Notes under the pieces: generated by a model
The model's database searches: none
What the model was told of the DNA's origin: nothing
Seen by the model: only the letters and a program-made list of their open reading frames with translations
NCBI GenBank assembly: GCA_965215305.1
Contig: OZ244041.1
Coordinates: forward strand, 3,486,283 to 3,550,282
DNA: 64,000 bases
Reading direction: 5' to 3'
From: Alphaproteobacteria bacterium
Lineage (GTDB): Bacteria > Pseudomonadota > Alphaproteobacteria > Bin95
Shown here: one piece after another, positions 10,045 through 21,587 of the stretch
Layout of the letters: every line of letters begins with the position of its first letter
Position numbering within the stretch: position 1 is the stretch's first letter
Made by a program: the position numbers and the translations under genes

Positions 10045-10821
10045 TCACATCGCGGTCATGCCGCCGTCGATGGTCAGGTTCTTGCCGGTAATGTAGTTCG
10101 ACCCCGGCGCAAGCAGGAAACAGACGCTCGGCGCGACATCGCTGGTCTCGGCATAACGGCCGAGCGGGATGCGGGACATGGTCTGGGCGCCGAATTTCGG
10201 GCCCCGGATCACTTCGGTCATCGGTGTGACGACGGTGCCGAACGCCACCGAGTTCACGCAGATGCCGTAGCGCGCCCATTCGCGCGCCGCGCTCATGGTG
10301 ATGCCGAGCACGCCGGCCTTGGCGGCGCCGTAATTGATCTGGCCGATGGTGCCGGCCGTGCCGGCGATGGAGGACACATTGACGATCTGGCCGGGGCAGA
10401 CGCCGAATTCGCCGGTCTCGGATTGCGCGATCATCTGTTTGCCGACGGACTGCAGGACCAGATAGACAGCGGTCAGGTTCACATTGATGACCTCATCCCA
10501 GTATTCACGGCTCATCTTGTGGATCATGGCGGCGCGGACGATGCCGGCATTGTTGACGAGGCCGGTTATCGAGCCCCACTCACCGACCATCGCCTCGACG
10601 ATGCTGTCCGCGAGGCTTTGCTCGGTGACCGAGCCGTGAAAGCCCATCGCGTTGTCCTCGCCCAGTTCCTCCACGAGGCTGTTTATGCCCTCGCTGTTCA
10701 GATCGACGACCGCGGCGCGGCCGCCCATTGAGACGACGGTGCGCGCGACCTCGCGGCCGACGCCCTGCGCGGCGCCCGTGACCAGAATATTGCGGCCTTC
10801 GAGGCTGAAGGGATTGCTCAT
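10045..10821 (-). CDS. SDR family oxidoreductase (FabG-like)
   Basis: TGAAQGVG, NNAG, NVSS, YGAAK catalytic motif. Confidence 0.92.
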   Translation of the reverse strand: MSNPFSLEGRNILVTGAAQGVGREVARTVVSMGGRAAVVDLNSEGINSLVEELGEDNAMGFHGSVTEQSLADSIVEAMVGEWGSITGLVNNAGIVRAAMIHKMSREYWDEVINVNLTAVYLVLQSVGKQMIAQSETGEFGVCPGQIVNVSSIAGTAGTIGQINYGAAKAGVLGITMSAAREWARYGICVNSVAFGTVVTPMTEVIRGPKFGAQTMSRIPLGRYAETSDVAPSVCFLLAPGSNYITGKNLTIDGGMTAM

Positions 10822-10898
10822 TTCGGCGTTTCCTTGTGCATTCGGGTTCCGCTACCGTAGCCGCAATGGCAGCGTCGGCAAGCGGGAGATAGGGACGC

Positions 10899-11957
10899 AT
10901 GACCGAAAATCCGCGCTGGAAGCGGCGCCCGGAAGGGTCCACCTGGGGCGACTGGGGGCCGGACGACCAGCTCGGCCGTCTGAACCTGCTCACACCGGAG
11001 CGGGTGCTTACCGCGCGCGAGGAAATCCGCCTGGGCGAGGTATATTGCCTTTCCCTGCCGCTTGACTATCCGGGCCGCAACATCCTCAATCCGCGCCGCC
11101 ACCCGCCTGTGCTGGAACCAACACAGGGGCCGGACGGCGCACCGCGCTACAACTATCCGCTGCAGCTCGACGACCCGCGTCACATCGACGTCGGCTGCGA
11201 CGACCGGGTGCATATGACCCTGCAATACTCCTCGCAATGGGACGCTTTCTGCCATATGGGGCAGCTGTTCGACGCCGACGACGACGGCATCCCGGAAATC
11301 CGCTTCTACAACGGCTTCAGGGGCGGCGAGGACATTATCGGGCCGGTGGACTACAACGCCGACGGCTCGCAAACGCCCCGCCCGGAAGCCATGGGCGCGC
11401 GCAAGCTCGGCATCGAAACCTTTGCCGAGAAGGGCGTGGTCGGCCGGGGCGTGATGATCGACCTGGAGCGTTTTTTCGGTCGGGAGGGCCGGCACCTCGT
11501 CACCTGCGACGAGTTGATGCGTGTGCTGGAGGAGACAGGCGCAACCGTCGAGGAAGGCGATCTCGTCTTCTTCTACACAGGCTTTGCGGACCTGCTGCTC
11601 GAAATGGAGAAGGACCCGGACGGCCCCCGCCTCGCCAACAGCTGCGCCGCGCTCGACGGACGCGACGACCGGCTGCTGCAGTGGGTCACGGATTCGGGCG
11701 TCGCGGCGCTTTTCGCCGACAATTATGCCGTCGAGCAGTCTCCCGCCCGCCCGATGCCGGGCGAGCGCTATGCCAATTCACCGCTGCACCAGCATTGCCT
11801 GTTCAAGCTCGGCGTGCCGCTGGGCGAGCTCTGGTATCTGGGCGAGCTCGCCCGCCGGCTCCGCGAACTCGGGCGCACACGCTTCTTCACGACCTGCCAG
11901 CCGCTGCGCCTGCCGGGCGCGGTCGGCTCTCCCGCCAATCCCGTCGGCATCGTCTGA
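10899..11957 (+). CDS. Cyclase family (kynurenine formamidase-like) metal-dependent hydrolase
   Basis: WGDWGPDDQLGRLN, QYSSQWDAFCH, GRGVMID, ADNYAVE, GAVGSPANP. Confidence 0.85.
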   Translation: MTENPRWKRRPEGSTWGDWGPDDQLGRLNLLTPERVLTAREEIRLGEVYCLSLPLDYPGRNILNPRRHPPVLEPTQGPDGAPRYNYPLQLDDPRHIDVGCDDRVHMTLQYSSQWDAFCHMGQLFDADDDGIPEIRFYNGFRGGEDIIGPVDYNADGSQTPRPEAMGARKLGIETFAEKGVVGRGVMIDLERFFGREGRHLVTCDELMRVLEETGATVEEGDLVFFYTGFADLLLEMEKDPDGPRLANSCAALDGRDDRLLQWVTDSGVAALFADNYAVEQSPARPMPGERYANSPLHQHCLFKLGVPLGELWYLGELARRLRELGRTRFFTTCQPLRLPGAVGSPANPVGIV

Positions 11958-11980
11958 CCCGCCAACCAGGAAGGCATCCC

Positions 11981-12385
11981 ATGGCCATCACCAAGGGCAT
12001 CGAACAACTGCTCGCCGCCGCCCGCGCGAAGATCGAGGAAATTCCGGCCGCGGAGGCTCTCGCCCTCCAGGAGGACGAGGCCGTACAGATCGTCGATATC
12101 CGCGATGTGCGTGAGCTGGACCGCGACGGCATGATCCCGGGCGCGCTGCATGCGCCGCGCGGCATGCTGGAATTCTGGGTCGATCCGGCGAGCCCCTATC
12201 ACCGCGAGGTGTTCGCAAACGGCAAGAAGTTCGTCCTCTATTGTGCGAGCGGCTGGCGTTCCGCGCTGGCGGCGGAGACTTTGCAGGATATGGGCCTTGA
12301 TCCCGTCGCCCATATCGAGGGCGGCTTCGCAGCCTGGAAAGAGGCCGGCGGCCCGGTCGCCGAGCGGCCTCGCAAGGGGGGATAG
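11981..12385 (+). CDS. Single-domain rhodanese-like protein
   Basis: VDIRD.RE...GMIPGA, PRGMLEFW, YCASGWRSALAA, IEGGF.AW. It is the C-terminal part of track ORF 11237..12385. Confidence 0.9.
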   Translation: MAITKGIEQLLAAARAKIEEIPAAEALALQEDEAVQIVDIRDVRELDRDGMIPGALHAPRGMLEFWVDPASPYHREVFANGKKFVLYCASGWRSALAAETLQDMGLDPVAHIEGGFAAWKEAGGPVAERPRKGG

Positions 12386-12413
12386 GCAGCCCCTTCGATA
12401 TTTCGCCGCCTTC

Positions 12414-12429
12414 CGGCACGCAATTTGCT
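12414..12429 (+). promoter_or_regulatory. Sigma54 (-24/-12) promoter of amtB-glnK
   Basis: CGGCACG-CAAT-TTGCT with exact GG-N10-GC spacing, 46 nt upstream of the amtB ATG. Fits Ntr regulation. Confidence 0.75.
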
Positions 12430-12475
12430 GCTTCTCGGGGGAACGGTCGTCCTCTGCAGGAGTTCGGAAGCGGTA

Positions 12476-14138
<1,663 letters not shown>

Positions 14139-14242
14139 CAGAGGAGCCGCGCCTGCAATGCAGCCGGGCCGGGCCGTGACAAGGGGCGGGCATACGGGCT
14201 AGCCTCCGCCGCCCGAACCCGCCAGCGAAGGAACCCGCGCCC

Positions 14243-15328
14243 ATGACGACGGTCCGAGCCATGACCTTCGGCGTGCAGACCGCACCCTCCACCGATGTCC
14301 GCAAGTCCGACAAGCTGCTCTATGACGAGGTGATCGAGGACGTGAAGCTTGCCGAGACGCTCGGCTACGACTCCGTCTGGATGCTGGAGCACCATTTCTC
14401 GGACTACTACCCGACGCCGAGTCCGCTGCTCTTCATGGCGCATGTGGCGGCGCTCTGCCCGGATATCGGGCTCGGCACTTCGGTGCTGGTACTGCCCTGG
14501 TACCATCCGATGCGCATCGCCGAAGAGATTGCGATGCTGAACTCGCTGACCCGTGGCACGCTGCATCTGGGCCTCGGGCGCGGCACGGCGAAATCCGAAT
14601 ACGATGCCTATGGCGTGTCCATGCCGGAGGCGCGGGGGCGCTTTGCAGAGTCGCTGGACATCATCCGCAAGGGCCTTTCGGGACAGGAATTCACCCATGA
14701 CGGGACCTACTACAAGGTGCCGCGCCCGGTCCGCCTGCGCCCGGAGCCGGTGGACAAGCCGGTGAAGTTCTATGGCGCTATCGGCAGTCCGCAAAGCGCG
14801 GGCGTGATGGCCGGCCTGGAACTGCCGCCGCTCTGCCTCTCCACCTTCCCGGCACGGCTGCTGGAACGGATCCTGGCGACCTGGGACGAACAGGCGCCGC
14901 CGGAAGCGGACCGCAGCAAGGCCATCTCGATCAAGATGCTGATTGCTGACAGCGACGAGGAGGCAATCAAGCTGGCGCGGCGCTATTTCCCGCCTTATTT
15001 CGCTATCCAGGCGGACCATTACGAGGCGGACGCGAACCCTTGGGAGAATATCGAGGAATACCAGCAGTTCTCCCGCATGTTCGCCAATCTGCGCAAGATG
15101 GCGGACCCTGACGAGCTCGGCCCCTATTGCGAGATGAATCTTGTCGGCTCGCCCGAGACTGCCGTCGAGCGGCTCAAGGGCTATGCCGCGCTCGGCTTCG
15201 ACTACGCGCTCGTCTCCGCCGCCACGCCCGGCATGCCCAAGGACCTGCAACGAGAGGTCATGGCCCGCTTCGCCCGCGAGGTGGCGCCGCACTTCTCGCC
15301 GGGCTTCCGGGCTGAGGCGGCGGAATAG
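14243..15328 (+). CDS. LLM-class (luciferase-like) flavin-dependent oxidoreductase
   Basis: AETLGYDSVWMLEHHF, HPMRIAEEIAML, LGLGRG, GSPE. Confidence 0.9.
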   Translation: MTTVRAMTFGVQTAPSTDVRKSDKLLYDEVIEDVKLAETLGYDSVWMLEHHFSDYYPTPSPLLFMAHVAALCPDIGLGTSVLVLPWYHPMRIAEEIAMLNSLTRGTLHLGLGRGTAKSEYDAYGVSMPEARGRFAESLDIIRKGLSGQEFTHDGTYYKVPRPVRLRPEPVDKPVKFYGAIGSPQSAGVMAGLELPPLCLSTFPARLLERILATWDEQAPPEADRSKAISIKMLIADSDEEAIKLARRYFPPYFAIQADHYEADANPWENIEEYQQFSRMFANLRKMADPDELGPYCEMNLVGSPETAVERLKGYAALGFDYALVSAATPGMPKDLQREVMARFAREVAPHFSPGFRAEAAE

Positions 15329-15332
15329 CGCT

Positions 15333-15450
15333 TTGGGGTTCGAGGAAGAGGAATCTGTTTCAGTACCCGCGACCGGGACGCAATCGCTGGATTTGCACAC
15401 GACGCCCCGGCTCGAACGGGCGCTCGGCTATGGCGCCGACCCCTACAAGC
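15333..15450 (+). pseudogene. Putative remnant of a HigA-like HTH antitoxin
   Basis: The frame reads LGFEEEESVSVPATGTQSLDLHTTPRLERALGYGAD. This matches the spacing of the HigA pattern LG..VS...G...I......RL..A.G. No start codon or N-terminus. Confidence 0.4.
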
Positions 15451-15604
15451 GGCGAGCGCCGGAGCGCCTCCAGGACTCCGCCCCGCCGCAGTCGCGAAGC
15501 CGAATTATCCCGTTCAATCGCGTTTCGTCGACTATCGGAATCGGTCGCGTTTGCAGCGGAAGATCGGGCGACCTGCGACGACATCCGGCCGCTTTCATGG
15601 CTTA

Positions 15605-15829
15605 TTATTCGGCTGCCGAGGCTGGAGGCGTGCGGTCTCGCTCCATCATGCCTTCGATGCGGGCGACGCGCTCCGCGAGGCGGCGGAGTTCGTCCTTCAC
15701 CTTGTGGAGCTCGCCCTCCATGCGGCCGAGGCCCTTCTGCATGCCGAGCCATACCGCGCCGAAGCCGGCGACGAATGCCGGCACGAGGATCGCGGCAAGC
15801 GGAAAGGCGAAGTCCCACATATTCTGCAT
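15605..15829 (-). CDS. Small membrane-anchored coiled-coil protein (74 aa)
   Basis: Hydrophobic N-terminus (FAFPLAAILVPAFVAGFGAVWLGM), heptad segment ELHKVKDELRRLAERVARIEGMM, AAE tail. GGGAG lies upstream of the start. Confidence 0.65.
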   Translation of the reverse strand: MQNMWDFAFPLAAILVPAFVAGFGAVWLGMQKGLGRMEGELHKVKDELRRLAERVARIEGMMERDRTPPASAAE

Positions 15830-16193
15830 CGAGGTTGCTCCCACCCGGTGAAGAACCAACCGGTCGCAGATTAGGCGTTCTTTGCCGCCGCACAAGGCTG
15901 CAAAACCGGCAGCACGTCCCGATCGCCGCTCTTTCCTGCTGCGAAAGTCGGCTCGTTCGACGGCAGCGGGCCGGTTTGGCTCGGCGATTGCCCCGCTAAA
16001 ACCTTGCAAAGAGAGCCGGGGCGCATGTCTGCTTCTGTTGGACATTGCACTGCATCCGTTCCTTTTGTCGCAAATCCTCCTCACGGTCCGGCAGGCGGGC
16101 TTGTCAAAAACCCGCCGCAACTCCTGATGACATCGCGTGGCTTGTCGATGAATATAGGCGCCAGACAGGCCCGAACAGCGAACCGGAGGCGCC

Positions 16194-17177
16194 ATGACCC
16201 TCAATGCCGAGCTCAGCCGCAGGATCTACACGGATATGTGGCGCATCCGCCTCTTCGAGGAAGAGGCGCTGCGCCAGACAGGCCTCGGCTCCGTCAAGGG
16301 CACGCTCCATACCTATTGCGGCGAGGAGGCGATTGCGGTCGCGGTCTGCGCGCATCTGCGCGACGACGACTATGTGCTGGGAACGCATCGCAGCCACGGC
16401 CACTGCCTCGCCAAGGGCGCGCCAATGGACCGCATGATGGCGGAGCTGTTCGGCCGCGCGACCGGAAGCTGCCGGGCCAAGGGCGGCTCCATGCATATCG
16501 CTGACTTCTCGCGCAACATCCTGGGCGCGAACGGCATCGTCGCGGGCGGCATCGGCCCCGGCACCGGCACGGCGCTCGCCAGCCGGATCCGCAAGAGCGA
16601 CCAGGTGTCGGTCGTGTTCTTCGGCGACGGCGCGGCGGCGCGCGGCCCCTTCCATGAGGGCCTCCTGTTCGGCTCGCTCTGGAAGCTGCCGGTCATCTAT
16701 GTATGCGAGAACAACGGCTACCAGCAATGGGTGCCGCGGAAGAATGTCGCCGTGGTGGACTCGGTGGCCGACATGGCGGCCTCCTATGCCATGCCCGGCG
16801 TCTCCGTGGACGGGCAGGACCTGGAGGCGGTCTATGGCGCGGCCGAGGAAGCCGTCGCCCGCGCCCGGCGTGGCGAGGGCCCGACCCTGATCGAGGCCCG
16901 CACCTACCGCTTCTACGGACACAGCCTGGGCGACATGGAGGAATACCGCTCGCGCGAGGAAGTCGACGAGTGGCGCCGGAACCGTGACCCCATCAAGCTC
17001 TTCAGCGCCTGGATGAAGGAGCGCCAGTGGCTGGGTGAGGATGAGGACGAGGCAATCCAGGCGCAGGTAAAAGCGGAAGTCGGACAGTCAGTAGCCTTTG
17101 CCGAGGAGAGCCCACCGCCGGATCCCGAGGACGCCATGACCGATGTGCTGGACACGGAATGGAGGGTCTCGGCATGA
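16194..17177 (+). CDS. TPP-dependent 2-oxoacid/acetoin dehydrogenase E1 alpha subunit
   Basis: GTHRSHGH, KGGSMH, TPP motif FFGDGA...CENN, TYRFYGHS. Confidence 0.92.
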   Translation: MTLNAELSRRIYTDMWRIRLFEEEALRQTGLGSVKGTLHTYCGEEAIAVAVCAHLRDDDYVLGTHRSHGHCLAKGAPMDRMMAELFGRATGSCRAKGGSMHIADFSRNILGANGIVAGGIGPGTGTALASRIRKSDQVSVVFFGDGAAARGPFHEGLLFGSLWKLPVIYVCENNGYQQWVPRKNVAVVDSVADMAASYAMPGVSVDGQDLEAVYGAAEEAVARARRGEGPTLIEARTYRFYGHSLGDMEEYRSREEVDEWRRNRDPIKLFSAWMKERQWLGEDEDEAIQAQVKAEVGQSVAFAEESPPPDPEDAMTDVLDTEWRVSA

Positions 17178-18145
17178 GGACCATCGCGCTGCGCGACGCG
17201 CTCCGGGAAGCGCTGCACGAGGAAATGGCCCGCGACGAGAGCGTGTTCGTCATCGGCGAGGACGTGATCGCCCATGGCGGCCCCTATACCGTCACCCAGG
17301 GCATTGTGGACAAGTGGCCGGACCGCATTTTCGAGACGCCCATTGCGGAAGCGGGCATTGTCGGCCTCGGCGTCGGCGCGGCGCTCGCCGGCATGCGACC
17401 GGTGGTCGAGATCATGTATGTCGATTTCATCACCTGCGCGATGGACGAGGTCGTCAACCAGGCGGCCAAGATGCGCTACATGACCGGCGGGCAGGCAAGC
17501 GTGCCGATCGTCATCCGCCTGCCCTGCGGCCCGGCGCGGCTGGTCGCGGCCCAGCATTCGCAGATCATGGAATCCTGGTTCATGCATGTGCCGGGCCTGC
17601 AGGTGGTGGCGCCGAGCACGCCCTATGACGCCAAGGGCCTGATGAAGACCGCGATCCGCAGCCCCGATCCGGTCGCCTTCTTCGAATACAAGGCGCTCTA
17701 TGTGAGCGAGGGCGCGGTGCCGGAGGAGGATTATGTCATCCCCTTCGGCAAGGCGGACATCAAGCGCGAGGGCGAGGACGCGACCGTGGTCGCCATAGGC
17801 GGCATGGTGCCCCGCGCGCTGGAGGCGGGCATTGCGCTGGAGGACGAAGGCTACGACATCGAGGTCGTGGACCCGCGGACGCTGGCCCCGCTCGACATGG
17901 AGACGATCTGCGAGTCCGTGCGCCGCACCGGGCGCGCCGTGGTCTGCGAGATGGATTCCTCCTTCGCCGGCACCGGCGCGGAGATCGCCGCCGCGCTCGC
18001 CGAGCAGTGTTTCCACGATCTGCGCGCGCCCATCCTGCGGGTCGGCAGCCCTCATGTACCGATGCCCTTCGCGGAGGAGCTGGTCAATGTGACGGTGCCG
18101 GATGCGGACGCCGTCTGCGCGGCGGTGCGCAAGGTCATGGCCTGA
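17174..18145 (+). CDS. 2-oxoacid/acetoin dehydrogenase E1 beta subunit
   Basis: IGEDV, ETPIAE, RPVVEIM, AAQHSQ, PYDAKGL, DPRTLAPLD. ATGA overlap. Confidence 0.93.
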   Translation: MRTIALRDALREALHEEMARDESVFVIGEDVIAHGGPYTVTQGIVDKWPDRIFETPIAEAGIVGLGVGAALAGMRPVVEIMYVDFITCAMDEVVNQAAKMRYMTGGQASVPIVIRLPCGPARLVAAQHSQIMESWFMHVPGLQVVAPSTPYDAKGLMKTAIRSPDPVAFFEYKALYVSEGAVPEEDYVIPFGKADIKREGEDATVVAIGGMVPRALEAGIALEDEGYDIEVVDPRTLAPLDMETICESVRRTGRAVVCEMDSSFAGTGAEIAAALAEQCFHDLRAPILRVGSPHVPMPFAEELVNVTVPDADAVCAAVRKVMA

Positions 18146-19308
18146 TGGCGGTCCGCCTCAGGCTCGCCGCGCTCGGCCACACCATGGAACGCGGCAAGGT
18201 CGTGGAATGGTATGCGGCGGAAGGCGCTTCGGTCGCGCAGGGCGCGCCGCTCTATTCCGTCGAGACCGACAAGGCGACGGTCGATGTCGAGGCGCCGGCC
18301 GGCGGCGTCCTGCTGCGCATCGACGCGGAGGTGAACCGGGAATACCCGGTGGGCGCCACGCTTGCCTGGATCGGCGACGCGGGCGAGGACCTGCCGGACA
18401 AGGCGGATGAGACCGTGGCCGCGCCCGCCGCCGTGTCGGACGAGCAGCGCGTCACGCCCGTAGCCCGGCGCCTCGCGGAGCGCCGCGGCGTGGATGCGGA
18501 CCGGCTGGAAGGCACCGGCCCCGGCGGCCGCGTCACCAAGGAAGACGTGCAGCGCGCCATCGATTCGGGCACAGCCCCGCCGCTGGAGGCGAAGCCCTCG
18601 GGCGAGCCCGCGCATGATGTGGTGCCGCTCGAGGGCATTCGCCGCGTCACGGCCGAGCGCCTCAGCGCGCACTGGACGGGCGCGCCGCAGGTCACCGAGG
18701 GCCTCGATATCGACATGACCGCCATGCGCGCCTTCCGCAACGCCAACCGCAGCGAATGGCGCGCGGCTTACGGTGTCGTGCCGGCCTTGAACGATATTGT
18801 GCTGAAGGCCGCCGCCGCCGCGCTGGAGGCGAATCCGGCGCTCAATGCGGCCTTGGTGGACGGCGCGATCCACCGCTACCGGGAGATCAATCTCGGCATG
18901 GCGGTGGATGTCGAGGACGGGCTCGTAGTGCCGGTGCTGCGCGATGCCGGCCGGCTCGATCTCGGCGGTATCGCGCGCGCCGCCGCCGACCTGACGGCAA
19001 GAGCGAAAGCCCGCAAGCTCACACCCGCGGATTTCGAGGGCGCGACCTTCACGGTCACCAATCTCGCCGCGCTCGGCGTGGACTGGTTCACGCCGGTGCT
19101 GAATCCACCGCAATGCGCCATTCTCGGCGTCGGCCGGATGCGGCGCACGCCGGCCGTCGTCGGCAATGAAGTCGCGATCCGCGACATGGCCACCTTCGTC
19201 GTCACCTTCGACCACCGCGCGCTGGACGGCGCACCGGCCGGGCGCTTCCTCTCCAGGCTGAAGCGCCTGCTGGAAGCGCCCGACCCGGCGCTGTTTGCGG
19301 GCGGATAA
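18145..19308 (+). CDS. Dihydrolipoamide acyltransferase E2
   Basis: Lipoyl domain VETDKA, E3-binding domain TPVARRLA...[13 protein letters not shown], catalytic DHRALDG. Confidence 0.93.
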   Translation: MAVRLRLAALGHTMERGKVVEWYAAEGASVAQGAPLYSVETDKATVDVEAPAGGVLLRIDAEVNREYPVGATLAWIGDAGEDLPDKADETVAAPAAVSDEQRVTPVARRLAERRGVDADRLEGTGPGGRVTKEDVQRAIDSGTAPPLEAKPSGEPAHDVVPLEGIRRVTAERLSAHWTGAPQVTEGLDIDMTAMRAFRNANRSEWRAAYGVVPALNDIVLKAAAAALEANPALNAALVDGAIHRYREINLGMAVDVEDGLVVPVLRDAGRLDLGGIARAAADLTARAKARKLTPADFEGATFTVTNLAALGVDWFTPVLNPPQCAILGVGRMRRTPAVVGNEVAIRDMATFVVTFDHRALDGAPAGRFLSRLKRLLEAPDPALFAGG

Positions 19309-19336
19309 GCCGGCCAGGCAGTTCCGGCGCCGGACC

Positions 19337-20368
19337 ATGCGGACCACGCAACCGATCCATGTCGTCTGCTGCCATGCCGAGGGCGAGGTGGGGGATGTGA
19401 TCGTGGGCGGGGTGGCGCCGCCGCCGGGCGCCACGCTCTGGGAGCAGAGCCGCTTCATCGCGGAGGACGGCCGGCTGCGCGATATCGTCCTGAACGAGCC
19501 GCGCGGCGGCGTCTTCCGCCATGTGAACCTGCTCGTGCCGGCGAAGGACCCGGCGGCGGCGATGGGCTTCATCATCATGGAGCCGGCGGACACGCCGCCC
19601 ATGTCCGGCTCCAACGCCATCTGCGTCGCCACCGTGGCTCTGGAGACCGGCATGGTGGCGATGGAGGAGCCGGAGACCCGCTTTCTGCTGGAAGCGCCGG
19701 GCGGCCTGGTCGAGGTTCGGGCCTCCTGCCGGGACGGCAAGGCGGAGCGGGTGCGCATCCGCAATGTCCCCTCTTTCGCGGACCGGCTGGATGCGCCGCT
19801 CGAGGTCGAGGGTTTCGGCTCGCTCCGGGTCGATACCGCCTATGGCGGCGACAGCTACGTCATCGTGGACGCAGCGGCGCTCGGCTTCGCGCTTCGCCCC
19901 GACGAGGCGCGCGACCTTGTCCGGGCCGGCATGCGCATCCTGCGGGCCGCGAATGAGCAGATCGGCTTCCACCATCCTGAGCTGCCGGACTGGGCGCATC
20001 TCTCCTTCTGCCAGTTCGCGGCCCCGCTCGAATACCAGGGCGGCGTCCCTCACGGCCGCAATGCGGTCGCCATCCGCCCCGGCAAGATCGACCGCTCGCC
20101 CTGCGGCACCGGCTGTTCCGCCCGCCTCGCCGCCCTGCATGCAAGGGGCATTCTCCGCGCGGGCGACAGATTTGTGGGCCTGTCACTCATCGATTCCCGT
20201 TTCGATTGCCGGATCGAGGGCGAGACGACGGTGGGCGGCCGCCCCGCCATCCTGCCCTCGCTCGCCGGCCGCGCCTGGATCACCGGCAGGAGCCACATCG
20301 CGGTCGATCCCGACGACCCCTGGCCGCGCGGCTACCGCCTCGCCGACACCTGGCCGGACTATTCCTGA
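19337..20368 (+). CDS. Proline racemase superfamily protein, Ser/Cys type (putative hydroxyproline dehydratase/epimerase)
   Basis: HAEGEVG, NEPRG, PPMSGSN (Ser replaces the first catalytic Cys), DRSPCGTG. Confidence 0.88.
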   Translation: MRTTQPIHVVCCHAEGEVGDVIVGGVAPPPGATLWEQSRFIAEDGRLRDIVLNEPRGGVFRHVNLLVPAKDPAAAMGFIIMEPADTPPMSGSNAICVATVALETGMVAMEEPETRFLLEAPGGLVEVRASCRDGKAERVRIRNVPSFADRLDAPLEVEGFGSLRVDTAYGGDSYVIVDAAALGFALRPDEARDLVRAGMRILRAANEQIGFHHPELPDWAHLSFCQFAAPLEYQGGVPHGRNAVAIRPGKIDRSPCGTGCSARLAALHARGILRAGDRFVGLSLIDSRFDCRIEGETTVGGRPAILPSLAGRAWITGRSHIAVDPDDPWPRGYRLADTWPDYS

Positions 20369-20970
20369 ACGCGGCTCAGCAGCAGGCGGAGGCCGAGGCC
20401 GCCGAGGATGAGGGCAGCGGCACGGTCGATATGCTGCTTCGCGCGCATATAGCGCCTGGCGACGGCCGGCGTGCTCATGCAGAAGGCGAGCACTGTGTAG
20501 AAGACGACTTCCACAAGGAAGTGGTTGGCGATGATGAGCACGCTGTCCGCCGCGCCGAGGCCGGCGGGAAACACGACGACGAGCACGGCGGCTGCGAACA
20601 GCACCGATTTCGGGTTGAACAGGTTGACCAGGACTCCCTGCCGGAAGGCGCGCCGCGCCGGCGCAGCCGTCGCCCCGGCGGGCGCGGAGGAGTCCCGCCA
20701 CATCCTCCAGGCGAGCCAGAGGAGATAGCCGGCCCCCGCAATCTTCGCCGCCATGTGGACTGCCGGGAACAGCCGGAAGACAGCGCCAAGGCCGAGCAGC
20801 GCCATCCCCGTCCACATGGCCGCCATGCAGCCGAGGCCTGCGCCCACCGCGATCCCCGCCCTTCGCCCGGCGCTGAGCGAGGTCTGGACGGCCATCAGAA
20901 GCGCCGGCCCGGGGCTTGCGATAGCGGCCGCCAGCACGAGGTTGAAGGCGAGAACCTGTTCGAGCGTCAT
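20359..20970 (-). CDS. LysE family translocator
   Basis: [23 protein letters not shown]. Hydrophobic. Confidence 0.9.
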   Translation of the reverse strand: MTLEQVLAFNLVLAAAIASPGPALLMAVQTSLSAGRRAGIAVGAGLGCMAAMWTGMALLGLGAVFRLFPAVHMAAKIAGAGYLLWLAWRMWRDSSAPAGATAAPARRAFRQGVLVNLFNPKSVLFAAAVLVVVFPAGLGAADSVLIIANHFLVEVVFYTVLAFCMSTPAVARRYMRAKQHIDRAAALILGGLGLRLLLSRVQE

Positions 20971-21013
20971 GCGTTTTCTTCTTGCCGACCTGGCCGGGCT
21001 GCATCCACTGCGA

Positions 21014-21484
21014 TCACGGGTTCCCGTCCGTCCACCGGCTCATGACCGTGCGCGGCTCGACGCTGTAGCCGAGGCCTTCGTAGAACCGGCGCACCGCCTC
21101 GTTGTCTTCCCGGATCATCAGCATGACCTTGGGCGCGCCGACCTCCGCGAGCCAGGCTTCGGCATGGCGCATCAGCCTCTCGCCGAGGCCCTGCGAGCGG
21201 TGCTCCGGCGCAACGGCGACATAATAGACCCAGCCCCGATGGCCCTCATATCCGGCCATGACGCTGCCCGCGACGCCGCCGCCGACGGCGACGAAGATGT
21301 CCGAGGAGGGGTTTGCCTGCGCCCTTTCGATGTCCCGCATTGGGTCGTTCCACGGGCGCACCAGTCCGCAGGCTTGCCAGAGTGCCGCAACCGCCGCCGC
21401 CTCCCCGTCCCGGATCGGCCGGATCGCGAACCCGCCCGCGTCTTCCGTCTTCGCCGAATTGCCCGGCATCACCCTCTCGCTCAC
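21014..21484 (-). CDS. GNAT family acetyltransferase (YpeA-like)
   Basis: LVRPWNDP..DI, MAGYEGHRGWVYY.AV, acetyl-CoA motif RSQGLG, N..V..FY..LGY. Confidence 0.9.
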   Translation of the reverse strand: MSERVMPGNSAKTEDAGGFAIRPIRDGEAAAVAALWQACGLVRPWNDPMRDIERAQANPSSDIFVAVGGGVAGSVMAGYEGHRGWVYYVAVAPEHRSQGLGERLMRHAEAWLAEVGAPKVMLMIREDNEAVRRFYEGLGYSVEPRTVMSRWTDGNP

Positions 21485-21587
21485 GCCCGTCTCGGTTTGA
21501 TTTTACGGCAGATACGCCGCTCTGGCGCGCAAGCCGGGTTCGGGGCATCATCCAGGCTTTCCCCATCCCTGCCCGGAGGTCGGTCCC

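Noticed and set aside
16194-19308. Housekeeping pyruvate dehydrogenase (pdhABC)
   Set aside because: The beta subunit lacks the N-terminal lipoyl domain typical of alphaproteobacterial PdhB, no lpdA is adjacent, and the sequences look AcoAB-like. Substrate left unassigned.
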